From Epiperipatus broadwayi (taxonomy: Eukaryota; Animalia; Onychophora), in NCBI GenBank assembly GCA_028023455.1, contig JAQFVV010000003.1:25110001-25174000 (forward strand): a stretch of 64,000 nt of DNA. The letters run 5' to 3'. Made by a program: the position numbers and the translations under genes. This document shows, piece by piece, positions 38,017-50,983 of this stretch (position 1 is its first letter; the number at the start of each line of letters is the position of its first letter). Under the pieces are notes generated by a model. It was not told the DNA's origin. It saw only the letters and a program-made list of their open reading frames with translations, and did not search any database.

Positions 38017-40995
38017 TATAATTTTCAAAATAAATTATATCATAGATATGTTTAAAATACCTATACCATATATATATGTATACTAATAAAACAACACAAT
38101 TGTGTGTTTTTATTAGTATTTTTATATTTCCTTGAGTTAGTTCACATATTTATACACAATAATTATAAGATTTTTATTGGCTTTTTAGATATAAATATTA
38201 ATAATTTTAATAACATTTTAAAATGTATTTTTAGATAAACTTCAGTTACAGTGAAATCAGATAAACTATCAATTAAAAAACTGGTGCTGCAAACTAAAAT
38301 CACACTATCTAGTAGCAATATTTGTCTGACTATTTTTAAGTCAAAACTAAAATCAATTTTAATTTATTGCCCTAAATTATGTAAAAGGTGTTAATCAAAT
38401 CCTAATACTTTATATGTTGAAACTCAAAAATATCACCTGCAACTTCCTAAATATTTTTACAAGTAAATAAGGTTCTCCTATTAAAAAACCATATATAATT
38501 ATTAGAATATTTTTATAAGCGTTTAGGTGTAAATAAAATACTATTTGTAGATGATATGATTTCAGATCACAATGCAAATTTTTAACTAGTATTTTATATC
38601 ACAACCAAAATTTATCTAAAATTTACAAAAAGAAATCTTATTAAAGTTATTAATTTTTATATCTAAAATCCATTGAAAATCTTCTAAATATTATACATAA
38701 CTCTTTATAGAAGAGTTTTATTTACTTGTAAAAATATTTACAAAGTTGTGACATTTCCTGTTTTTACACAAGTATTACTGTCTGATTTACACCTCTTATC
38801 TCCTTTTGGTTTAAAAATGGATCAGACAGCATGATTTCAGTTTCCTATGCCAAATATTAATTCATACTTTTCCTGATTATATTATAGTTAGAATTTAACT
38901 AAAAGCAGACATAGAGAAATTCTGTTAAAATTATTAATAATTTACATGCATAAATAATGCACATCTAAATTACTTTGTCCAGATTTTGAGTGCACACAAA
39001 GACTTGGAATCAAATGATGCGGTCATTGTGGTTATAATATATATAAAACCAAATTCACTATTTTGCCCGAGCAACCAACTTTGGAGTTCAGAATCCTGGT
39101 TCTATCTTTCATTCCTAATGTTTAAACTTCTTATGACTTACCAAGCAGTAAACTATTTGATTATATATTTATGTATACTATTTTTTATCTCATTACAATT
39201 AACTGCCTTTCTATCCTTTACAGTTATTGTATTAACTGTAGTATTTAATTTAAAATGCTTAAATTATTTCATTATTTAATTCTGGTATATAGATAAAAGG
39301 CAAATGACTTTTAAATAGCTCACTACAAGTGGTTTGTTTAGCAATAGCTATTTCTAAAAAAAAAATTAATTTTACTCAATTAGAATTTAAACCCAGATGA
39401 TAGGCATTGAAGTAGTGGAATTATACTTGCACCATAAGAGACTTTACATCTTTGATAAATATCTTTCTACATTTATAAATAATCTTCAAAAATTACATCA
39501 TTCAGTTATAATCAATTTGAAAATGGAGAACGGAAGGTTTCTGGGTAGTTTCTCTAAGATAAAACAAAGACAAAAATGTCTTAATTTGATCCATTGAATG
39601 AAAATATTCTGTAATGAACGTTCTAAGAAGTATTTTGGCTTATAAAAACTATATGATTTGCACCACAACTATTATACTCAGCTTCATATTTTATTGCTTA
39701 AACATGATTTCTGAGCTTTATAAACAAGAAAATATAGGCTCGTATATTCAATTCATTTATTGTGCATATCATCCAAATCCTATTAAGTTTATTTGAAAGA
39801 GATGTAAGTTTTACTCTTTACATACAATTTTATATACTCATAACATATATCAATATTTGCATGTGACTAATGAACAAATTCTTAATATATCTAGTGATAT
39901 TTTAAAAGCAAGATAATTAATTCCAGAAGTCTTTAGCAATTTTTTTGTTGTTGAGTGACTGGCTATTCAATAATTTATTTTTCTAGTCATTCAATTATTG
40001 GTCAATAAATGGATATATAATTATTATTGACTAAAGAATAAAATAATGGTGGCAAAAAACAAAAACTCTCATTAAATAGAAGCTAACTAATCAAATGGGT
40101 AGTAATAATGCCCTCTCCTTGTATGTCTTTATGTAAACTTATTGGAAAGACCTTTTGATATACAATGGGTCATTTAAAGGCTTTATTTTTCACAATTTAT
40201 ACACACCAATAAATCTTATTAATTTTTTTTTAATTAATTATTTTGTTTATCCTTTCACACACAGCTACCTTCAATTGCATAATTAACTGAACGCTATAGT
40301 CAAAAAATATGCCACTGAAATTACTACTGTAAGTAAATATACTCTATGAACTCATAACTTTTAGGAACATGATATTTTTTCCAATAGTGACAAAGATTGC
40401 TATACTACAATGTGCTTTTCTTTCATATTAGACTCATTGTGCTGCAATTTAGATTATCCAGTGATATTTACTTTCCAATTAAAACAACAAGTCACACTTT
40501 TATTAGCCAATATTAAATGCCTATCTGGTTAGCATTGAGCAATTACTTGACAAAAAACCTATACTTGCTTAGAAATTTTCTACTAGTTCAAAAACATCTG
40601 AGTTCAAACTCAAGTGTGAATATAAAGTAATATACATAAATACAACTGTATAATAACTATAAAATAATAATATATTGCATAGAATTTTGAAAAAATATTT
40701 TATCATTAAGATTATAATTGCATGTTGTTTATTACAATATTTATATGATTTCATATCAGTTTTATTAAACCAGTCCTAGAGTTAAAACTCTACTTCTTTA
40801 AATATTTAGAATATTATATTAGTTATGTCAGTTTGTGAAAACATTATATGAGAAGTTTTATCTTTGTATTTTATCTCTAGAATATTTAACTGTGTTCAAA
40901 CCTGGAAATCATGATTATAACTTGATGTTATTTTCATGTTAATGTTGAAAAATATAAGTATTTGTTTTTACACTTTTTTTTTTTCATATGTCAAA

Positions 40996-41067
40996 TGCAT
41001 TGACCGGGAAGCGAACCCAGGCCAGCTGCTTGGAAGGCAGCTATGCTAACCACTAGGCCACCAATGC
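40996..41067 (-). tRNA. tRNA-Gly(TCC)-like sequence, probably a pseudogene/SINE head
   Basis: GCATTGG...GCTGC-CTTCCAA-GCAGC...GGTTCGCTTCCCGG-TCAATGCA. Acceptor, anticodon and T stems pair, but the D stem is mismatched and the invariant A58 is C. It is followed by TTTGACATATG(A)12 rather than an oligo-T terminator. Confidence 0.75.
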
Positions 41068-43000
41068 GTGACTTTAAATTACTACAATAATCAAATATCT
41101 AATACAATTTATTTGTCCATAATGTTGTCACAAATACATAAATAAAAAATCAATATTATAGTATCATTGTTTATTTCAATCTTATTTTGATTGATTATTT
41201 ATTTACAACTAAATGCTTTAATTTTATTTGATTTTTGATGTTAGTTTTTGTTATTTGCAATTGGAAATTCTGGGAACATTAAATATTATGTTCAGTTTGA
41301 TTTTTGTAGATTGGAACATGCATAAAATCTGAAACTATTTAAATTTATCCATAAAGTAGTTAGTAATAGAAAGTCATCTTTTAATATCTCACACATACAC
41401 AAACATTTTTTATAAGTACTTTTCACAGTCCTTTATTTAATTATGACAGTTTAGATCAAATAGATTTTTTCAAATGTAAAAAAACATTTATAATTATTGA
41501 AATGATGAAATTTGTTAGGAATGTATATATTACGTGTTGATGAATTTACAAATAATAAAAAATATGTGACCTTGTATGTTTATGCAATAGATAATTGTAA
41601 TATGATTGTTATGTGGATCTCAAAAAGACTGTTTGCCAGTTGAAATTGTTATAAATTAAATAAAGCATTGTGGGCATTTATAAGAAATGTTTTTTGCTTT
41701 TTTTCTGTAAAGATTTAATAGAAGCAATGCAATAAAAATGGAACAAATTTTGGACATCTTGGAAATATTATATAATTTTTTACTTCATAAATACAGCATG
41801 TTTGGGGCTCTTATGATTTAGTTTATCCCATTATGCCAAAAGATAATTATTTTATCTTTCCTTTCTTTTAACAGCAACAATAATATTCCATGACTTTTTC
41901 ATCTGCTTACTCAAGTATTTCCCAGAGCAGTTATATTCCCCCTATTCTAATGCCATCTACTGTAAGCTTGAGTGATCAATATATATAAACACAGTTGTAG
42001 TAGTGAATTTTAGCTTTCAATGATGAAGGCAGAAACTGAAAACAAGTCTGGAGATGTGGATTTTATAACATTATAATATCTAATGGTCACTAATTACTCA
42101 AATTTACATCAAATGGGTAAGTAAGCTGAAAATATCCATTTATTTTATTACTGATAATTAAACATTAACATGATACATCAACATGACTGTGAACAATTAG
42201 GTAACTTTTCAGGATGCTCGGCATTAACCCCTTCAGAAACGAACAATTATAATTTTTATCATTTAATTTATATACTACAGTATATCAGTCTTGCACACAA
42301 AATACACATTAAATACAATTAATCTGAAATCTCTAGTTTAAGGACTTTTATAAATATGCAAACTTTTTGATGTTCAAGAATAGATTGTTTACCCACTCAT
42401 TATAAACCAAAACTCTACTAAAAGAAGGGTGGACAGCTCGCTGCAATTAGGCTAATTAATTTATAACTATTTATTGATATTTTTTTTACTTCAATTTTAC
42501 TTGTGAATGTATGTACAAACCAATTTATTTATTTTAAAAAGTTAAAAATCATCTTTGAATCTCTTTTGGATAATAGAAATGTTTAGCTAACAGGTATTCA
42601 GATTAATAGTATTTTACCTGTATAATTATAATAATTTGCCATGGAACAATAATTTCAGGAATACCCAATACAAAAAAAAAAAAGCAAAACAGTTTATATA
42701 TATATAATCCACCCACTACAAAACATATATATATAAGCCCATTTATTAAAGCTATATTTTAAGTCTAAACTGGATCTTTCCCTCCAAAAAAAATAGAATT
42801 TTTTTTTTTAGAGATGCTAAAGTATTGCTAAAAGATAATATAAATCTATTTTTAAATAAAATCAGGTTATTATCTAAAAACTTAAGGAACAATTCCAATG
42901 TTTTCATTGAAAACTTCCATTTTGAAAAAAAATGGAACTTTCATTTTTATGTCAATTATTTAGAACCTATCAATGTAGTAAACATTGATTCTTTCACGAC

Positions 43001-43113
43001 TTTTTTTTCATATGTCATAACATCGGCCGGGACGCGAACCCACAACCATCTGCAACCAACTACTTGCTTGCATGGCGGCTGCGATACCTCTCGGCTAACA
43101 ATGCAAGACTTCT
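43001..43113 (-). mobile_element. Second copy of the tRNA-Gly-derived SINE, with a 14-nt insertion and TGC at the anticodon position
   Basis: Colinear with the 41-kb copy, with the same A58-to-C change and the same TGACATATG(A)n tail. 17-bp TSD TTCTTTCAC(G/A)ACTTTTT (42989-43005, 43114-43130). Confidence 0.8.
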
Positions 43114-46100
43114 TTCTTTCACAACTTTTTATTATTATTTAAAAACAAAAAACAAAAACTGCCTAAATATGTCTGATGATTTTTAGTATGATCATTTGAA
43201 GAATTATACAACAAAAGAGTGAGATGATAAAAAATAATAATCAAAAACAGGAGAATCGGTAAAATATTTTCTATTTTGATGTTTATTTGAAATACCAATG
43301 GCATCATTTGATGTTTTCTGTTTGTTCTATTAATATATAAGAGCAATTTCAGAATTTAATCCCAAGTTCTCATTGATAAAAAAAAAATTTAGGACATGGT
43401 TTGGAGATTAAATAGCACAAATAATGATAAACACTGATTACTCTAACTGGAAAAAAATAGCATTAGAATAGTAAGGGAATCCCTTGTTTAAGACCTTTTA
43501 ATATGAGTATTGAGAAGTTGTAGACTGTGGTTTATAGTGGTTAATCTAATACCTCAGATTTGTATTATTTATCTAATTATTATTTTCTGTTAATCTCTAA
43601 CAGTAGTTCTGTTCCTAAAGTTAGTCATAGATATACATGATATTAAATATATATATAATTAAAATCCATAACAGATTATGTGTGTATATGTTTGCCGTTT
43701 AACTTGTAGGTCCAGGATTTTTATGGTCGATAAGAAATACATTGTGGAAATAACAATTAATTGATAAGATTTATTTTTTTTACTTATATGTTGAAAGATA
43801 TGAGATGCAGACTGGAGAAGTTTGTTTGTCAACATATAAACTAAATGTTATCAAATGCAACTAAAAAATTTATAAATATATATATATATTAGAAGAAATT
43901 GTTGTAAGAGCAGAAACAATGAATGAACTATATTTATATAAAAAGAAGAATTAGTATGACAGCTACGAAACAATCACTAATTATTAAGATAGTAAAATTA
44001 AGGAATTGTTAAAATTTATAATGACAAAATGGCAAAAAGAATGAGAATAAAGAATATAAAGCATATACAAAGTTAAATTTAAAAATGGAAAATTTGTAAT
44101 ATGTAATAAGTAAAAACATGCACTCATATAGTAACTACTTCACTAATGATGAAGGCACATAAATAGTGAAATGTATTTTTTGTGTTTAGTTAGTTCATTG
44201 AAACTCATCTGACATACCCAAATAATTTTACCCTCTAGATACCTATTTATTGTTCTATATTAGTTAGCTGATGCAGTTGATTATAAGCCAATTATCTGAG
44301 AGAAAATCGTATGTTACTTATGATTTGAAAATATTTTTAAAGTTTCTCTATCTTGACTTTAAATTTAAATTTGGTGTGTACATGGCCAAATTTAACCTAA
44401 AGCAGTTTCTACACTCATTAATTATTTTAGAAATAATACACAAAAGAATTTTAATAACATTTTTTGATATAGTTCACTAATTTACATAAACAGTTTATTA
44501 TTAGCCTTATGAAAATTAGCATATTCCGGTTAAATTGGTAATTTACATAATTTAACTTATTAGTCATATTCATTTGACTAGTTGTGCACACATATATTGA
44601 AACGGTCAGTTTCATCCATCTTCCCATTTTACTTATTTTACCCACACACCTATCCATATGCCAGGTTTAAACCCTCTCAGAATACCCATTCAAATAACCT
44701 CAAATTATTATATATGCAGAATCACGTATATATATATATATATGTGCAAGCAGCATGTCTGTAGTTTAATAGTATATGTATAGATTACAGATATGTATCC
44801 GTTTTATAAATATTTTTAATTTGGGAAATATTTTAGTTTAAATTATTGTTATGTTGTTGGTATATATTATAAAGAAATTCATTTTATAAATATTTCTAGT
44901 TTAAGAAATATTTTAGTTAAATTATTTAGCCAACTTTATTGCTTTATTATTGAAATCGCATACACATATTTCCCGTTGTTCTGCACGTATGGTTATAAAA
45001 TTAGTCTCCTACTAATTATGAAAGTAACTTTGTCAAAATAACATTTGATCTTGTAAACAGATTTTAAAGTAGGTCATGCATTGGTCCTAAAATAGCATGG
45101 ACTTGATTTGGTAAATATAAAATGTTAATAACAAAATAACGCAGGACAACAAAATCTCAATTACTGTTTGTAATTAAAAATGTGTTTCTAAAATAAATAA
45201 ATGAGTTTTTCTACTGGTTGTAATTAGTAAATATGTTTTACTAAAATAAATAAATGGACTTTTCAGCTACGTACAAGCTCGTAAAAATTAACAGGTGGCC
45301 AGAGTTTAAAAAGTATAAATACTAAAAGTTTTGTTACCAAGGATTCGATCATATATATATTAAGTGAACTATAAGCCAAACCTAGGCCCATTTTACCTTC
45401 AAAATGATCAAGTAGGACGGTGATAGCTCACCTCTCGGCCCTTAGCCAGAGAATGGAGAACTTTGGTCCAATAAAACCTAATGCCATAACCAGCAAAAGT
45501 AGCCCATGGAAAATCTCTATTAACTTTAAATTATCGTCAAAAGTGACATCTTAATATCCTCCCAAAAAAATTAACTGCAATGGAAAACAGTTGAATGGTA
45601 AATTTTTTCTCAGAGCTCTGTTTATGAACTGTGACTTTCAATTCTTTCTTTTAAAAGCTAGCTATTTATTAAATCTGCCTTTTCCCAAACACCTTTACTA
45701 AAATCTACAAAAAAGATTGTTAAATGCTAAATATTGTCTGATTGTAAAATGCTAAATCTTGCCTGATTGTAAAACTTGAATTCTCTTTTAAAATGTAAAA
45801 CTTGAATTCTCTTTTAAAATGTAAAGCTCTAATAATCTATTTTAAATGTATAATTTCCTGCGGTCTTTTTATGCCTATTTCTAAATCTATTTGATTTATT
45901 CTATGATTTTATCATTTTAATATTATATGTATTTAATATGCCAAATGACTCGAAACTGCAAGTATTTATAAATATAATTTTAGCTTATCGATCTGCGAAG
46001 ATAATTTCAAATCTTCACTATAATAAATATTAAATAATTGAATTATTATTATTCATTCTCACTCACTGTTTCGAGATCATATTATTATTTTACTGATTAA

Positions 46101-46181
46101 GTTTTGGGTATTAATATTACAATAATCAGTTATCTAGTTAAAATTGTAGTTTGCTTAATTCTAGTTATGAATTATAACTAT

Positions 46182-46202
46182 GCTATGACATATGAAAAAA
46201 AA
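46182..46202 (+). mobile_element. Tail-only (extremely 5'-truncated) retroposed copy, GCTATGACATATG(A)8
   Basis: Flanked by a perfect 12-bp TSD AATTATAACTAT (46170-46181, 46203-46214). The tail matches the two SINE copies. Confidence 0.75.
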
Positions 46203-46221
46203 AATTATAACTATTTATATA

Positions 46222-47596
46222 TGTAACTCGGTACATTGTAGGAACTAGCCATAGAGATATTCTCAAAGCATATTTTAATGTTTTATTCGTAATTACCCCA
46301 CAAATATGCTTTATCTTCCTTAGATTTATATATGTTGAGATGCAGGTGATAATATTAAACTAGGTTACTAATTAATTTAGTCCCTAAATAGTATATTTAA
46401 AATACTAAATTTGATAACTGGATTGTATAGATATGCAAATAGACACTATCTAATTTTAAGGCACGGTAATATAATTTTACGTATTTGCGTTATATATAAG
46501 TTGCGGATGTGTCCTTACAAAGTACGCAATGTACAATTATCTGCTTGCTGCATGATTATTGACGAGTTGTTGATGGAGGTCACTCTCATTCACTTTAGTT
46601 CGGGTTCAAGCACACTTTTAGAACTAGGGCACAAGGACCTAGATGATTCATAATGCTTATCCAACTCCCTGAACAATTAATGTTCCTATTTGTAGCAAGT
46701 TGAGCGGTTTTAGGGCAAATCGAGCATTCAATGCTTAAGCCCCTGAATAATGACCCATTCACACCTTTGAGCTTTATTAATATTTTTAATATGTGCCATA
46801 AAGGATATAAGTAAACCTATCATAAACCAGTTTTCTCTCCTTTTATATTAAATGGTTATCTAGCATTAGAGTATATCCTAATCTAGATTAACATGCTAAC
46901 CTGCATATCTCTGATCTTAATTACATGCTCGAATTAACTTTGTATAGATAGATGCCATAGGAGTGCTATTAAAGTTAGTTATATAACTTTGGCTATAAAG
47001 TTCCGTATGATCTAGCAGACTACAAAAAGAGCTAGAAATTTGGCATATTGAATTAGGCATACACTCCAATACCGCACTACACTTTATTAAACACTTATAA
47101 TAAGATATGTAACATTAATCTCATTAGTTATCTAACGCCTGCATGCATTATATCTCACATTCCCATCATATAATTTGTATGTTTTGATTTATTATTTGTT
47201 ATTGTTTTATTAAATTAATAATATTTAAAATTATAACTCGTTTTCATAATTTTATTGTCCGTGAGTTTCTTTTATCCAACTTTAGATTTAATTGCACATA
47301 CACCATTTCATATATATGTAGATCAGCCATATGTGTATATGTTTGACCAAATCAGTGATAAACTAGTTAATTTATGAGTCTCTTGTTCCACCGGGGGGTG
47401 ACTGCCAGATCGAGGTTAAATTGAATGTCTGTGTACATTGAGAAATGTCATCCATAGGGTATTAAATCATTGAGCAGAGGTGAAAGGATTGAATGTTGGT
47501 CAGATTCTGGATCCCAGTATCTGTACTCAATTAGCTTTAGTGTATTTTGCCTGTGTGCTAGATTTTGTTGCGTGGAGGACAATTCTTACCGTTACA
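46222..47596. mobile_element. Solo LTR (1375 bp)
   Basis: Starts TGTAACTCGGTA and ends TACCGTTACA (short terminal inverted repeat, TG...CA). ATATA TSD on both sides (46217-46221, 47597-47601). No PBS or internal ORF follows. CpG-rich, so probably young. Confidence 0.75.
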
Positions 47597-47699
47597 ATAT
47601 ATGTAGCTTTATTTATTTATTACATAAACCAATCCAGCATGATCCATTGCATGGGAAGCAAATATACTAAACATTAGATTATAAGTCTTTTTAAATAAA

Positions 47700-48350
47700 G
47701 TAGTAGATGAATTATAGAATGTTCAAATCAATATAAAAATGAAGCAGATCTATTATATGTAAAGATAATTGTTGATAATAATAAATTGATAAGAGGAAAT
47801 TGTGCTCTTATCAAATATAATGACAAGTTGAGCATTTACAATATAGGAAGATAATAGATAATTTATTTTAATGTAATTAGTTAAGAATGAGATAAACACA
47901 GGGCGAGAAAAGAGAAAAGATAAGATGGTTAGAGAAAAAGAATTAAATTTGTGGAGGGAAGGATATATAATAGCACTAAAGAAAGCTTATTGATATTTGA
48001 CACAAGGTCAGCATCTTTAGATACTAGGGAATTAAGGCAGAAGTGGAATGAGAATTTGGATTGTAGTTGTAGATTGTGTGGGAGTGAGATAAGAGAGTAT
48101 TAAACATTTGTTTTTAGCATACAGTATGTTGATAGAGAATCAGAATAAATTGTATGGAAAGTGTGAAAAATTTAAAAATAAAGAAAGTAAAAAAAAAGTA
48201 GGGATCATATGATTTTGTATTTAGGTCTTTATAATGAAATTGGGAATATGAGGACAGAATAGTGGAACTATCAAAGTAACTTTTATTTAAATGGGATAAA
48301 AAGGAAAGGGAGGAATAGTCTAGAGTTAAAGAAATAATTGGATAATAAAG
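47700..48350 (+). mobile_element. Decayed LINE 3' end with CCHC finger
   Basis: A frame reads LIFDTRSASLDTRELRQKWNENLDCSCRLCGSE, then ESIKHLFL after a shift, matching the C..CG..E+..H+.L.C motif of LINE ORF2 C-termini. Purine-rich plus strand. Confidence 0.6.
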
Positions 48351-48589
48351 AGTAAAAAGTAGATAAATTTATTTGTTGTATGAAAGGATTTTGTGAAGAA
48401 AATGTTTAACTTGGCTAACAGGATTTCTAGGCATAAAACATATGAACAGAAACTTCTGACTTGAGAAACTACTTTACATAGCAACAAATGAGAAAAACTC
48501 ATAAAAACTAGAGAATTGATGCTCTTGAATTTGATTGATGTAAAGAAAATATCAAAATCACCCTTTCCTTTATTTTGCTGTAATATCTT

Positions 48590-49050
48590 ATAAATATAAT
48601 TTAACCAAACACTTTTTAGCAAAATCCTTTATTGTACATAAATATATCATTGAGGTGGGAAGCTAATAAGAATAAACTTTAAGTTTATAAGGAATAGAAG
48701 TAATTAGGAGATTATTAAAAATGAATAATATATTTAGATTAATAGTTGTTCTTGAATATGTATGTATATAGTTAGAAATACACATGTATAATTTATATTT
48801 ATTTTTCATTTTGTATTTATATTGTATATTTTATTTTATATTAACTGGATTATTTTATTTGGGTTTGATTATATTTATTTCTGTTTAATTATGTATTGTT
48901 ACATATTTTATGTTGTTTTTAGTTTTTTATTGTTTACATTTTTTATGATATTATTTATATAGTTATGTATTTTATTTTATTTTATCTTGTTATATGTGTT
49001 CAGTAAAGGATTTTGCTAAAAAGTGCTCAAAGTGGTTTGGATAAATTGTA
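48590..49050. repeat. Inverted repeat around a T-rich spacer
   Basis: 48610-48631 CACTTTTTAGCAAAATCCTTTA is the exact reverse complement of 49004-49025, with degenerate extension outward. Confidence 0.65.
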
Positions 49051-50071
49051 AAGAAAATAATTAAAATAAGTAAAACAAAAAAAAAATTCTCTGAATATAA
49101 AGCATTATAGCTTTAACTGACTGAATTGTACCCATATAAATTAGTAGAGATGCATATTTGAGAGATTTATAAATGTAAAAGTTGAAAATTAGAAATATAT
49201 ATATATTTAATATCAGTAATTAAGAAATAATCTCAACAATGTCAAAAATGATCTAGAAATTAGAGAGAATTAGCAGTTATCCTCTTTAATTTACCTTTAT
49301 TCTAGATTTTTTTAAGAATTAATATAAAGAAAAAGAAAATATATAAGATACAAAAAAAAAAGATTTTGAACTGGAACATTAACAGTAAATAATACTTTTA
49401 TTTTGAAAATATTGCTATAAAACACGTTAATGTTGCTAAAAAGCTCATAATATGATTATATATTTAAAGGAAGCACATAAGAATATCCTATTTATTCCAG
49501 AGCCATATATTGTAAACTTCAGTAATCAAAGGATACGAAATAGTAGTAACACAATGAATTATTATGAGATACAAAAGTCATACACTTTGTATAACAAGAT
49601 AAATAATCAAATAATTCTACACTCAGATGAACATGTGAAGCTTTAACATAAAAAATAACAGGTTTTGCTTTGATCCAGAAAACTTTACTTCTTGATTCCA
49701 TAATTGTAGCACTGCATTAACTCACATAGTGCACATTCTATATGATAATATTCTATTAGATACTTATGAAAGCAAATAAGATGGGAAATAATAACATATT
49801 AATTAAAACTGTCCTTGACATGAATGAAAATAATACATTCTAAATAAAAATTACGTACAATTAACATGAAAATTTAAATTGGTTAATGAATTGTATCAGG
49901 AATAATCATGTTATTACTTTCTTTATTGGAAGTCTATTTTGATTTGCATGAATCAAAAGTGCTAATAAGATTTGTTATGTAGAAGATCAAAATATGAGGG
50001 CAGAAGATTAGGATAGTGAGACTTCAGAAAGATTACCATCAAGCAAATCTGAAATGTAATTTTAAAAAATA

Positions 50072-50983
50072 TGTGGTACACATACTTATGACAATCCATC
50101 CCATTCGATGGTGCTGTTTCCATACAAAAGCACAGAAATATGTCATTTATGTGGCCAAACTTACAGCTATAGAACAGTTGTATTCACATTAGCTGTTGCA
50201 GACCTAGATTACATTGCACATGGTCCCTTAATGTGCTTCATGGGCCTATACAAATAGCACACACTTGACATATCGCTACTGTACGATGTGAGGGTGTAGA
50301 GAATTCAACTTGCCATAACACTTTTAAAGTGCATTCAGAGTAATGATCTTACACCTTACCTGATGTAGTTACATAGTAATAATTGTAAACCCATCATCGT
50401 GCTTCTCTACACATCTTTGAAGGTGAATTTAATTTCAAAAGAGTAGGTTCCAGCACCATTTCAGAGAATTCACAGAAAAAGTCACATTTGCATGAGAACA
50501 TCTATGAGACTACTAAAATGGCTGTGGTGGAGCACTACGCACTGAAATGTATAATGTAATTTTAAAATGTAATTATTCCATTCTATTAAACAATGTTGTT
50601 CCATAAATAACAGCTATCAGACAAATTATGTCTGAGGTTGCTTGTCATTTTAAAAATTGTAAGGTTGGTTTGATCAGAGTAGTGGATTTATTGGCCGATC
50701 AAAAACAGTGGTCCTCCCTGCACATCCCAATGCTACACACTGAAATATATAATGTAATTAAAAACTTTAATTTAGAAAATAATGTTTAAAAAAAATGTAT
50801 TTTGAAAGAAATTCAATGTTTTATATCTAAAAAAAAAAAAGTAAATCCCCAAAAAGAAAAGAAACCAGTGAAAGCATTATTTTAAAAAAAATTTAAATGT
50901 TAATCAGCTCGGAAACATTATATGTTTTTGACTAGCAACAGCATCATCGAGCAGTATGGATTGTCATAAGTATGAGTACCAAA
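50072..50983 (+). mobile_element. Tc1/mariner-type element, decayed
   Basis: About 50-bp imperfect TIRs (GGTAC.CATACTTATGACAATCCAT...) with TA TSDs (50070-50071, 50984-50985). An internal QIAH.LDIS..TVR fragment resembles a transposase HTH. Confidence 0.7.

Noticed and set aside
42015-42128. ATGATGA...CTGA segment read as a C/D snoRNA, as a decayed hammerhead, or as an exon (donor GG|GTAAGT at 42118)
   Set aside because: There is no convincing antisense guide or terminal stem, the hammerhead C3 is missing and its spacing is off, and the spliced peptide with 43710 would be only about 25 aa. None of the readings is supportable.
42222-42235. TTAACCCTT resembling a piggyBac end
   Set aside because: No matching AAGGGTTAA end or transposase nearby.
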